This document shows positions 41,701 to 54,573 of a stretch of DNA of 64,000 bases, in pieces. Location of the stretch: NCBI GenBank assembly GCA_028534125.1, contig CM052817.1, positions 54,624,001 through 54,688,000 of the forward strand, read 5' to 3'. Position 1 is the first letter of the stretch. Every line of letters begins with the position of its first letter. The DNA is from Lama glama (lineage: Eukaryota). Below the pieces are notes generated by a model that had not been told where the DNA came from, ran no database searches, and was given only the letters and a program-made list of their open reading frames with translations. A program made the translations under genes and the position numbers.

Positions 41701-43984
41701 TTGGCATTAGAAACCTTGTATTTGCAAAATGTTTTAGAGAAACATTTTCTGCTTGAGAAAATAAATACGTAAAGTATAGGTCAATTATACCTCAATGAAG
41801 CTGGGAAAAAAGAAATAAAATAAAATATAGAATATTTAACTTATGAAAAGAGAAATCGTATATATTATGACTTAAATATACTTTTCTTTGTTACTAAGAA
41901 GCTGTTGGTTTGTATTTTATGTTCAGTAATATTACTGCGAAGTCATTCTGAGCCCTGACCAAAAGCAAAGATGGCATCGATAAAGCAACCTTTCAAATTG
42001 TTGTGGGAGTGAGTCTGAGTCAAGAGTTTAGTTGACAAAAAGAAAAATTTGATTCTCCATTCTTGGATGCTTTGAGAAACCACATTTATGAATATAAGAA
42101 TCCTCATATGTAAAAAAGACTATTAACTTTCTACTTTTCCAAGTTCCTTGAAAAAATAACAATCATATACACAATGATTACACACATGTTAACTTACCTA
42201 TGTGGGTATTTTTAGAGAGTTTCATTTAATGGTAAAATTATTTTTGTACTCTGATGTAAACTCACCAACTTGCCAAATGGGGGTTATCAAGTTGAAAGAT
42301 ATTAATTTGCATGTATATTATAAATGAAATATATTACAGCTTAAATTAGAGAGAATGGTTCCATTTTCAATAAGGAAGTCTTGAGTTTGTAACCACAGTA
42401 GAGAAACAAAGTAATGAGTACATGCTGTACATACACTAATTTGTATGTGCAGGTCACACCATATGTATGCCCAGTAGCATATGCACACACACACATACAC
42501 ACACACATTATTGCCTATGTGTAGCCAGAGAAGACTTCTGAATGCTATTAATAGACTGCATACATACTATCTCTTGGAAGTTACTATAAATGATCTTGTT
42601 AATCCTAATCTGAGTTAAATCTGAATGGATTCATTCACAGAGAATTTTAAGATTAAAATTCAAATTTTGTTTTTCTTTCATCTCTAGGGCATAGGAGGCA
42701 GCTGTGAAACACCATTACAATACAATGAAACAAACAGAAGATTACTTTACCACAAAACTAAATTTCTTGTAGACAAAAAGCAAAAGAACTTCGTAGATGT
42801 AGCTACATTTTAATTTATTTGTTGACTTAGATGAGCTTTTCTCTTTAAAGCAATGACGATGAAACCAGTGGCTTGGCACCACACACATTACAACCAATAA
42901 AAAGAAAATGAGCTAACTCCCTCAAAGGGGCATTACCCTTTTTCTGATTGAGCTCTGTGTAATGCTGTGCTCTGTGGAAATTTTAATAGTGTCACACAGT
43001 GAAGCAAGCTAGGGGACCATAAAACCCTGTACCTTTCCTGTGCTTGAACAGTAACCTAGCGTTGGTCTTTTTGTACTGCTATGCTAAATGCAGGTGCAAT
43101 TATGAGATTGAACCTAATTTAACATGTGGACCTACCAAAGTAGAATGCCAGCCAAAATCAAGTTCATATTCTGCATGCATTCTAAACTAATACATTTCAC
43201 ATTTGCATTTGAACAAGTATTTACCATCATACTTTTGAGGTCTACATTGTCATATATAGCAAAATTGCCAAAGCTCATATGAAAATTACTTTCATATTGA
43301 ATTACCTCTGCATTGTTTTTGCCCTCACCAAGCTGTGCTTTTTCTTTGAGATGTGTTGCATGTGGGCAGATGTTTAATTTGGAATGATTTCTAATTTTTT
43401 TTTAAGCTCATTATCAGAGTGCTCTTCATTTTATAAAACTACACCAGCAGAAATGAAGATACAATTTGGTAAAAAGTAAAAATCTATTCAAATAATTTTT
43501 ATTTTGAGGTAGAAGGAAGAACAGATGTTGAAAATATAGTGAAAACTTGCCTGAAGTAAGATTTCTCAGTGTAAAACTTCTTACTTGATAGCAATTAGTC
43601 TTATTTATATATGAAAACAATGTTTTTTAATCCCTTATAAATTTTAAGTTTGATAATATTAGACAGGAAAAAAAACTATTTAGAGGTCAGAAATAATTCA
43701 ATGAGGTCAATTACTATGAAACAAAAGACTGTTAACATTTTATTCAAAAAGGAGTTTAAACAATATTCTTTAATATAATTTAGTTATATTAAAACTATAG
43801 CAAACAGAAACTTAGAAAATGTTAAGCAAATAGAAAAGACTAGAAAAAGGAAACAAATACTCAGTTTAGTCAAAAACAGTCTATATCTGTATAAGTAAAG
43901 AAGGAAAATTATCAACATCGGAGATTTAGACCATGTCCATTAATGAAGTTATTACCTTACTGAGGAGAATTGTATTACTCCTCT

Positions 43985-44075
43985 TCTTCATTCAGTCATT
44001 CACTTATTCATGCTTTATTCGGTTATCCATTCAACCAACAAGTCTTTATGGAATGATGAATATATGCAATCTATC
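43985..44075 (-). mobile_element. L2 3' terminus
   Basis: ttcattcagtcattcacttattc...cattcaaccaaca. Confidence 0.6.
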
Positions 44076-44139
44076 CTTGTAGATTGTAATAAAAAAAAAA
44101 GTCACAAATTTTCTGTAGTTGTATCCACACTGCTTGAAA

Positions 44140-44556
44140 TATGATTTTGTAGTTGGTGCTCTCCCATCATGTGTTGGAGTCTGTTTCTCCACTTATTGAT
44201 TCTGAGCTGGTGGTGTAACTTGCCTTGGATGAGAGAATATGGTACAAGCAATATTGTGCCAGTTCCAAGCATAGGCTTCAAGAGCCTCTCTGGCAAGCTT
44301 GCCCAACTACCACAAGAACCAGGCTGAGGAAAAGCCTGCTGGATGATGACCTTACCAGGGTCTAGTCTACTCTGTTTCCCCACACAGCAGGCAGCCAGCC
44401 CTCACAAGCACAGCTACCTCATTGGCCACAGAGCCATAAATTAACCCAGCTCAAATCAAAAGAACTGCCTGACTGTGCCCAGGCTTAGCCAACACACAGA
44501 ACTGTGAGTTAAAGATTGCTGTTTTAAGAAAGTGAGTTCCCAAAAGCTAACTGATA
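44140..44556 (+). mobile_element. MLT1H-like MaLR LTR
   Basis: ggagtctgtttctcc...tgtgccagttccaagcataggcttcaagag...cacagaactgtgag...tgttttaag...gctaactgata. Confidence 0.8.
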
Positions 44557-44581
44557 GGGTTAAGCTACTTACTTATAAGAT

Positions 44582-44619
44582 TGTGTGTGTGTGTCTGTGT
44601 GTGTGTATATATATATCAT

Positions 44620-44651
<32 letters not shown>

Positions 44652-44656
44652 TATAT
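44582..44656 (+). repeat. (TG)n/(TA)n compound microsatellite
   Basis: Seen directly. Confidence 0.9.
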
Positions 44657-46880
44657 CTCATTAGGTAATTTTGCTTTTTTATCTGGGTTTTACACATTGT
44701 CCTTATTGCAGTGTTTTCACTTTGTGCAGATAGAAATATGAACCTAGAATTTGGCAAATGGGTATTTTAGCTCATTTTCTTCTTTGGGTTTTGTTTAATA
44801 CAGTGAAAGCACTGCTTCCCGCCAAAATTTGTCCCGATTTTCTCACCTCAGGAAGGAGTTTTCCTTATAGCAGGAAGAAAATGCACTATCATAAACTGTA
44901 AGTGAGAGAACAGTCTGTGCTATACAACAATTCTGTAATAAAATAGCCATTGTTTTACATTTTGTGAGATCAAGAAATATTAATCATTTTATGTATTCTC
45001 CTACTTTTATACATTAATTAAAAGTAAAGTTAAAGCTTCTATTCCCCCTATTTCTTTTTCTCAACAATGCAAGCATATGTCAAATTATTACTGTGACTTA
45101 TTTACTTTATTCAATGAGATATTGAAAATTCTCTACTATAGTTCTTTTAGAAACTATTTGATGCCACTTTAAACCTTGTATATTGGAAAAAATCTTTATG
45201 TTTTTGAGAAAATGAAATTTTAAAAAAAAGGCAAAATACTGAAAGATAGATGATCAGTAGTGTAGTAAGTAAGTTTACATAAAATATTCTCATACTCAGC
45301 CAATAATTTTAATGGGGACTAAATTCATCAATATTATTGCAACATTAACTTACAGCAGAGATCTAAAATTGGGAACCGTGAAGTATTTGAACTTTCTAAA
45401 TACCTGAAGGGCATAGTTTACATAAAAAGACTTATTCTAGACTAGTTATCTAAAATCTTAAGTGAGTAGTTGATTTCCTTTTATTATGGTCAGTATTTCC
45501 TATGATGTATGTGCTTATTCAGTGATCTTTATATTACCTTAAATATTCAGTTAGTAAAGTTAATTTCTTGGTGAGATGTGCTGGGGTTAATTTAATTTAA
45601 TTTATACCTTTTTTGTTGTTGTTAATGTAACTCTACTGTTGGCTTTTGTTTGCAATATCCTTGAATAATGAATTCATTTTTATCCTTAATATGAATATTT
45701 TCAATTGATGGTATTCTCTGTTGAAATTCTATTATAGCTATACTCTCTTAAAATTTATTTTAAATGATTGTGGTAAAGGGAAATTGGGGATGGTGAATGG
45801 GGTGGTAATTTTGTGTATAAATATGGTTGTGCACCTGCATTTATATATGAAGAAACAGATCCAAGCTAAGTGGAAATCATGGCTTTTCACTTTGTAGAAA
45901 ATAGACATGAGATTTATTTCATTTATCAATAGATCAACTAACAAATTATAGTTTGCTAAATTGGGATTTTTCTAAACTTTTAAAAATATTTGAAAATCTT
46001 TGATTTTAACTTTTTATGCAATGTCTAGTCATCAGACTCATTTGACATGATTTATAATGTGACATATGTTATATGTATTTAAATAAAAGTAACATGGAAA
46101 ACAATCTAATTAGCCACCTATACTGAGACTTCATACTTTCTGACTTGGGTTCAATTTTTATGGATGTTGTAGTCATGTATTTCATATTTATATTTTAAAA
46201 TCATCAGAAAGATATGTAAACACATATTACCATCTCAAGTTATTCAGCAGATTTTCAAAATTTTGAATGGCTTTAAGTTTTGAAAGATTTATTTTCTTGC
46301 CAATTGGAGAAATATCAAGAATCTGAAAGATATTTTCATAAAGAAGGAAAATGTAGAAATAGTGGAAAAGTGAAGAGCCTTTTCTAGCACATTTTAGAAT
46401 TAAACAATACTGGCAACCTTTAAAAAAAGAAATTATTTATTTTTGGAGGTCAAACCCAAACAAAGTGGTTTCTTAATTTAACATGATTTGGAAATTTATG
46501 TTTGAGTCTTGCTACAAGGCACTAAGCATTATTCTTATTTAATATTTTATAAACAAGAGTTCTGGGGTATTGATTTTTTTATGTTTGAAGAAAAATGTAA
46601 TTTTTGGAAAAGTTTCTCAAATGCAACTTTTTAAGGTAAGGAATCTTAAAAAGAAAGGTTGCATGATTTTCTTAGAATAATGAGGTATCCTTAAAAACAG
46701 ATCTCGTAAGTAGAATGTAAACATAATTTAAAACAAAGTTTTTAACTCCAAGACTAACTTACATTGTCATTTGTTTTATAAATAGTTTTACAAACTATTA
46801 GACATGACAATCTTTAGTAATATAATCTATTGATTTAGACACAGCAAAGTGTTTTAACCCGTGCTGACTTCAAAACTACT

Positions 46881-46919
46881 TTCATTAGTAACTGTAACTT
46901 CATTAGTAACTGTAACTTC
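46881..46919 (+). repeat. 18-bp tandem duplication (ttcattagtaactgtaac x2)
   Basis: Two exact adjacent copies plus ttc. Confidence 0.95.
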
Positions 46920-46966
46920 CAAAAAAAATAACCATTTTGTAAGATGGTTATTTAAGAAGATTTATA

Positions 46967-47028
46967 GAAAGGCAAGAAATGAAACTTCTTTACCGTGTAA
47001 GGCTTGGCTAGCTAGTTATACAGGGAGA
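46967..47028 (+). repeat. Inverted repeat, left arm (62 bp)
   Basis: gaaaggcaagaaatgaaacttctttaccgtgtaaggcttggctagctagttatacagggaga is the reverse complement of 47995-48056 with one mismatch. Confidence 0.97.
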
Positions 47029-47994
47029 TTTAAGAAAATTTATAGGTCAAAGTTGCACAATATACATTCAACTCTAGATAATTGTCTTTCAGTGCTATAA
47101 AACACAAAGACATATATTTTGTCTCCTTTTCTGCAGTCACATTTCTTAATTTTTTCAAAAAGGAAAAAGTTTTTGGATCTTTTAGAAAAACTGAAGTTGG
47201 GTATACGTGCAAAATACCTGTTTTGGGCAAAATGACATGAATTCAGAGAACTTCCATAATGCAACAACAATTTGCCAGGGATAGTGTCAGGCAGTTTGTT
47301 ATATGTGGCATTTATGATGTGGTTCAAAAATGAAAAATAAAAGGTAAAAAGAGGGATATAAAAATAGGGATATGGGTCACTGATCTCCATTTTCAAATCA
47401 TTTTTCTGATATTTATTTCTTCTTTTGTATTGATTTCTCCAAATCATTTCTGTGGAAACAAAGCTCTATTCACAATTAATAAGCTTGAAAAAAGGCTAAT
47501 CATTTAAGTCTGCCTAAATTTCAGATATGATTACATTGCAACCCTTTTTTGATCTGTATAAATGTAATGAAAACAATTGATAGTGGCTTTGGTGAGCATT
47601 TTTGTAATGATAAGATAAAATAATATGTATCAATAATGTTGATAGTAAAGAAAATGAGTTCAGGCAGAATGTATGATCTCTGAATGACAGAACATTGTAA
47701 TTGTAAGTAAAACAATTTTGAGGCAAATCTCTTTGACAGACTGCTGTTTTTCTCCTCTCTAATATCTATTCCAAAGCCTATTTTGTAAGGCCACCTGTAC
47801 TTGGTAAATAGTCTGGCGAAGATAGCATGTTTGTTGTCACAAACAGAGTAATTGCTTGCACCTGGACCAAAGGAAAAAAAAATCACTAAGAAGACCTTAT
47901 TAGAAAGGAATTCAGCCTATGAGAAGGTGGCTTATGTACTTCTCTCTCATCAGGCCTGTTGTTATTTATGCCTCTTTGGGGCAGGAGAATAAAG

Positions 47995-48056
47995 TCTCCC
48001 TGTATAACTAGCTAGCCAAGCCTTACAGGGTAAAGAAGTTTCATTTCTTGCCTTTC
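47995..48056 (-). repeat. Inverted repeat, right arm (62 bp)
   Basis: tctccctgtataactagctagccaagccttacagggtaaagaagtttcatttcttgcctttc. Confidence 0.97.
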
Positions 48057-48070
48057 AGTGTACCTATTCA

Positions 48071-48144
48071 ACACACGTACACTACACCACCCACACACAC
48101 CCACACACCCACACCCACACACACACCCACACACACACACCCCC
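48071..48144 (+). repeat. CA/CCCACA-rich simple repeat
   Basis: Seen directly. Confidence 0.9.
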
Positions 48145-49404
48145 ATAACAATAAAGGAACAAATGCTTACTCAGTGTAGTTTGACTCAAGATCCAAAGCC
48201 TTTAGACGTATGTGTGGTGAATACAAAGCCAAATCAGAAATGTTTCTTTTAATGACTTTGAGTCACTGTGTGTTATTTTTGGTTGTTTTCCCTCTTGCGT
48301 GTTTCAGAATGAACATTCAATTATCCAGGTGATTTGTCTGTGGGAGGAATGGTTTAGGCAGGAGTGGATGTTTGACCAAAAATCCCCAAGGGGCTCAAAA
48401 GGAGGGGGAGCAAAACAATATCCATGATATTTTCACTTTCCAAGTTGTTGTGGAATGTGCTTGTATTATTGCAACTTCTGGAGTCCAATAAGCTGACTAA
48501 TAATTGTAGTCATCTCTGAATAGCTCAAGTGGGAGCAACTGTTTCTTACAAATTCCCAAGTAAAATTCTGTAGTTATGAGCTGTTCCATTCTGGGTACAC
48601 ATGAGGGGTTGTACAAGTGCTGGGTTTTATGAGAGAATTGATTATTTTTGTAAGACACAATGAAGATACAGATGAGCTCTTTCCCAAATAGAGGATTAAA
48701 ACCAAACTTCCCAGACACCTTTTCTATTCTCCTTTCTTATACACAAGATTTTGGTACCAGAAATTTGGACAAAAAATAGTAAAATGGACAAATTTGATTG
48801 CACTGAATGGCATCCATGCTGGAGGAAAACAGGAGTAGTGGGGAAGGAAACAAAAAGAAATATTACTTTATGAAAGCACACAATCAACACATCAGAGAAA
48901 ACATTCCAATAACTTAGAAAGTAGACATTAACATGCTAGAAATTGCATGAATACTTCTAAAGTATCACTGTTTATAATGTTGGCTTTGTATTTTATTTGA
49001 AAAGGTACTTTAAATACTAGCTTTCCTCGATAACATTTGTAGCTGCAGTAAATTATGACAGACCATGGAGTAGCATTATTAATCCATACTTAAAGGTCTG
49101 ATTCTGCTTTCTATGTTCTAGGACCACATGGAGTCTACAGATGGTACAGAATGAAATAGGCTTCAATTACTGGTTACAGCTATCCACAAGGAGATCACAT
49201 CCTCCTAACCTTATACTGACTATTCTGAACTGAGTTCTTTACAAGTTATGACACTTAGTAAAATAGCACCTACTGGGATGAGACCAGTTTATCATATTCT
49301 CTCCCTCCTTAGCATTCAAAATTTTCTATTTACCATTTTCCGTTATATTCTGTACATTGCCATAGCAAAGTCATTACCATTGAATTCATAGTACATGTTG
49401 TATT

Positions 49405-49442
49405 TTAAGAGTCTCATGCTCTACTGACTGAGCTAGCCGGGC
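49405..49442 (-). pseudogene. 5'-half tRNA-Lys(CTT) retropseudogene
   Basis: Minus strand GCCCGGCTAGCTCAGTCAGTAGAGCATGAGACTCTTAA matches nt 1-38 of the recalled tRNA-Lys-CTT with one CpG-type change; flanked by an imperfect 16-bp TSD. Confidence 0.92.
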
Positions 49443-52400
49443 AGCTTCCTACACGTTATATTTTAGAGTGTATATGGTAACATGATCACTTTATTATTAG
49501 TAAATCATAGGGATCCATGGAAGTGTGATACTGATCCTCAGCATAGCACCATAGTGGAAGACCAATTAAATGTTTAAATTAGTTATCAAGCATCCTGTGG
49601 GGCTTATGATGTTTATGCCATTATACCAAATATGAAGTACATAGTGAAAGCATAATATCTTAAATCCCAAATGATACTCAATAAAGTTTTCATAAAATAT
49701 TTAGATCCTTAAATTTTTTGTGGTAGCTTCATGTAAAGCATTATCATCTATCTAGATGTGTTTTCAAGAACCATGGTATTCAGAATGTAAAACTTCAGTA
49801 TAAATTTGATGAATGAGAGGATTGATTCAGTTATTAATTACTGTATTATTCAGTTAATTACTATACCTATAAAATAAGGTTAATACCTATAGAATGTGTA
49901 ATATACGTATTGATATATATCTTATTATTAATATTATTAGTGCTTCCTGTTAAGAATAATGGTTAAAAAATACCTTGAATAGTATTTAGGCTGGATGTAC
50001 ATATCCACCGCTCCCTATTGTAAGACATCAGCTTTGTCACATGTTTATATTACCTGCCTGGTAACATAGAGCATTTTAATTTGCAGTTGCAAAGCTATTT
50101 AAGCTGTCAAAATATGAAGTAGACATACTGAAAAAGCAAAATATTTTAGCTTTAAATTCCTTGTAAGCCATTTGTTTACACCTACAGTGCTCCTATCGTC
50201 TGTAATTCCTGGGGCATTGCTGTTAGTTTATTTTGCGTGAGAGATACTTTTGAAAATAAAAATACTGGTTTCTTTCAGCGTAGAAGTTCATCCATTTGAA
50301 TTAGCCATCTAGCCTAATTAAGTCTTCAAGGACAAAACTCAATTTCAAAACCGTGTATATCCTAACAAATCATTGAAATTGATACCTGGTATAATATTTG
50401 GGGAGAATTTTTGAAGATTCGCAATGGATGTCTTAATGATTTCCAACAACATACTGTTGCAGATAAAATGAACATGTCTTATTTGTTATTTCAGAGTTGG
50501 TACATAGACAGTTCCTTATATTTTCTTGAGTTTTCCTTGGACTAATAAAATACATGAATAATTTTTGATTTCTGTCTTGTAGCTTATTAGTTGTGTTACT
50601 TTGGTCAATTTATGTAACCTCAATAAGCATAAGTACTCTTTTAGAAAGAAATTGTTATGAGCATAAAGATTACATGTGCAACGTATGTGACATTCCGTGT
50701 ATTGTGTCTGTTACTATTCCACACTAATTAGAAACACATTGGAAAGCAATGGCACATAATCAAATCAACAGATAAATCAAAGGCTTTGCTGTTGTGCTCT
50801 GGTATGCATTATGTCTTTGTATACTTGTTCTATACATATATTCTTCATTTGCATTTTCTTGAGTAATATCACCATTGGTTTATCTTCTCTGTATACATGC
50901 CCTCAAATTACTGGAAGCTATTATCTTCAGTGCCAAAGTACTGGTGGGCAGGCATTATTAAATGATTCCATGGATTCTTCATATCTAGGTCATTAAGAAT
51001 AAATTATATGTTACTATCAATTCATATTACCAAATGACGCTAAGATGGTGTTAAACTGGTCCACTGTAGTCTTGCACCGTCTTAACCTGTGTTATACCAT
51101 TGCTCACCTGCAGTGAACAATAAGAAAAACACATAAATCTTTGTACTCAGCTCTACATAATTGGTGCTAAATAAATGATGACAATTAGGAAGTAAAACAG
51201 TAAAAAATTCCATCATTTATCCTATGACACAGTAAATTCCATACATTCTTCCTTTCACTGTGTTGTTACTTAAGAGATGGTTTTTTGAGAGCAGCATCAA
51301 ACCCTATATGTACATTGATCATAGGCAGAGAAATGCAACTCATTGTAAATAATTTTGTTCAATTAAAATGTATGTTCTGGTTTAAAATAAATATTTACGT
51401 CTCAGGGTTTTAATTATTTTGAAAAAGACTGCAGAATATTCTAGATTTGACAACATTATACTTTCTTACCACAAATGAGAATGTTTATTGCTTCTTTTCC
51501 TCTCCAGTCTTGGCACAAGGTATGAAAAATAATTGTTTCTACATTTCTTGCCATCTGTTGTATGGCATTAAGATCAACTGCCCTTTTTTTTCCTGTTTAT
51601 GGTGCTTTTTAAGGTTTTTTTCTTTGGCACTCAGGTCACACCATCTGATTTTTGGTTTTGTGCCCATGGGTGGACATCTGGAATAGTTGGCTTAAATAAG
51701 TTTGTGCTTATTGCTAGTTTTAGTAGAGACAGTTCTCAGTGGTTATTTCCTTAGATTATCTGGTGGAGTAAATTGGTTTCATTCCAGTAGAATATCTTCC
51801 ATTGCACTTGTTTTCAAAGCCATCAAGTATCTTGTGTTAAGATTTTGGTTTCTTTCCAATTCCTTCAGCTGTAGGCTACCAGTATGGTTATGTATGAGCT
51901 GAATATTTTCAATTTTATATCCATGCTTTTAGTTTTTGTAGATTCCTTATGAATAATTTAGGAAATAATTTCTCTTTTACTCTGAACATTATTTGTTCTA
52001 TGAGTCTATAATATAAAGCGACTTAAGTTCTAGATTGATGTTAATTTGGGGTCTGAAGAGTGTTTGGTTTGACATAATTATGAGATTTAGTAAGCTACTT
52101 GGATTTTGTGAGTCTTTTGCTAAGTTTAATATCTTTGGGTTTTCACTGTAGGCTGCTTGCAAGGCGGTAAATCTGATTGCCATAGCTTATTTGTACCTCC
52201 CTGAATGCTCTCCATTTCACTGATGTCAATGTAAAAGAAGGATGTCCTCCATTTGAGGATTTGAAAATAAGTGAGCCGAGAGAGTCAGTGTAGAAAAAAA
52301 GAAAGGCAGCAGAGAGAGGACAGGCCCTTGCTACCAGAGATCCAGTAATAGGGAAGTGTTGTTTCAAGAAAACCAAGAAAAGGAAGGGTGTCAAGAAAAG

Positions 52401-53052
52401 AGTCAGAGAAAATTTTGAAATTATTATCATTAATTATGTTTCTTTACCTTGTGATTCAAAATATAGAGTAATGGCCATTCTAGAACCAAAATGAACAGGA
52501 AACTATTATTTTTCCAAGTACCCAGAAATGAGATTTTTCTTTTAAAATATATTAGCTACGTTTGACCCCATCTCAAATAAAAATGTAAATACTTGGCTCA
52601 AAGCAGTACCTGAACTCATGCTGATTTATCAGTTGCTCTGCCCTGAATTGCCTGAAAGAAAGCTGATCCTACATAAAAGGAAGTAATGTTCTCCTGTTGA
52701 CATGATAAATTAACTTATCATGTGCTGCACAACTATCATGATTTGCACTCCTTAACTTCTGTGGAGCTCACGTAGTGCTGAGATCTTGAATGTGACCTGT
52801 AGTAAGTATACCATTTGTTCCGCTTCAATCTACTCCCCACACATGAAAGTTCAGTATTCCATGTTCTGCCTACGTTATTATTATTTTACAAATTAAATGA
52901 ACAATTTCTATTGTTTATGAAAACTTTTTTTTCTTCTTCAGTGTAAACTTTAAAATATAACAATTCAATGCTCCATATAAGCACCAGGAAATTCCAGTAA
53001 CCAGTTAACAATGACCAATTTTATCATATTAAAGAAATTGTATATAGATAGC

Positions 53053-53287
53053 CTTAAATCCAAGTTCTTACAATGATTTCAAGACTTTTTAGTTTTTATT
53101 CATTCAAAAAATAATTTATCAATTATGCATTACATTGCTGTCTTTGCAGGTTTGAGTATAGGAATGATAACAAAATAATTATTTTAAATTTTATTTCATT
53201 TTCTGCTAATTTATAAGCTAAATTTATAAGTGAAATAGATATTTGTAACATTCATTATTGAAATTAAACAATGTATTCGTATAGAAT
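53053..53287 (+). repeat. Local direct duplication, copy 1
   Basis: Aligns by eye to 54335-54573 with about 11 substitutions and 3 small indels. Confidence 0.96.
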
Positions 53288-54334
53288 TCTCAAGGAAAAA
53301 AATATGTATCTTCTGCCTAATCAGAGCACTGCTTTTCCCCAGATGTTTCTTCTTGAATATATAAGAAAAATAAAAATCTCAGAATCTGCTAGACAATTCT
53401 GATGGTAACACCAGCAACCACTTAAGACAGGAAGAGACAGAAACTAATTAAAATTTTATTAGAACAGTAATTCTATGAATGGTTAATTGGTTGCTGTTGC
53501 AACACCCCCAGGGAATGTTTGATTATTTCAAGAGATGGAGTAAAATTCCCAACCACACCAGGAAAAATTACTAAATTTAATTTAAAATATACAACATCAA
53601 ACCTTACTTTGGAAATCAGACGTCTAAACATCACAGCCTTTGGAAAGATAAATGTGAATTCAGAATCAAGATAAAAAGATGATAATCTATATGAGCCTAC
53701 GTACCAAATTCTAAGGAAAAACACTATACTCTGTTTGTTTTCACCTGTTGAGTTAATTAATGGAAAGATACTTGAGAGGAAAACTTTAATTCTCAGAAAG
53801 ACACCATTGAGTTGAATTCCATTTTTGAGAATGTTAGATAATAAATTAGTATTTGTGAATTTGTGGTTAAAAAATAAAGTACAAAAATAATTTCATAATT
53901 AGAAGGATTAGGTAAAAATTTTAAAAAAATCTAGCTTCTAATATGGGTATAGATGACAAAGAGACAGTTTTTCCAGTCTATACAAATGATATAACATATT
54001 TGTAGAGGAGAAAAGTTGTGGATTAAACATTCAGAATTGAAACATTAAGTACACAAGGTAGTTGCAGGAGAAGTGTGTCATGAACCAAAATAATTTGCTG
54101 TAACAAATTTTAACAATATTCCAGATACCTGATTCTTAGAAATGTTATTACTTTTGATAATGAATATCAAACATTTTACTTGGCTTATTTAATGTAGAAT
54201 TACCAGCATAGGGAGATGAAAAAAATGCACTTTAGTTTAGCTTTATTCTCAAATTGTGACCCATGTGGGTCATTTTATTTCTCAGAAATATCTTCTTCAC
54301 TATTCTGCCACGACATGCTCTCCCAGAAATGCTG

Positions 54335-54573
54335 CTTAAATCCAAGTTCTTATAATGATTTCAAGACTTTTTAGTTGTTTTTATTCATTCAAAAAATAAT
54401 TTATCAATTATGCATTACATTGCTTCTTTGCAGATTTGAGTATAGGAATAATAACAGAAAATAATTATTTTAAATTTTATTTCATTTTCTGCTAACTTAT
54501 AAGCTAAATTTATGAGTCAAATAGATATTTGTAACATTCGTTATTTAAATTAAACAATGTATTCATGCAGAAT
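54335..54573 (+). repeat. Local direct duplication, copy 2 (inside the MLT1 LTR)
   Basis: See copy 1. Confidence 0.96.

Noticed and set aside
46967..48056. Autonomous DNA transposon with 62-bp TIRs
   Set aside because: No TSD, no familiar terminal motif and no transposase remnant; retained only as a minor alternative
49405..49442. Functional tRNA gene
   Set aside because: The 3' half, including the B box and acceptor stem partner, is absent
52143..52430. Possible minus-strand first exon (ATGGAGAGCATTCAGGGAG|gtacaa)
   Set aside because: Weak donor, no promoter evidence, no recognisable product
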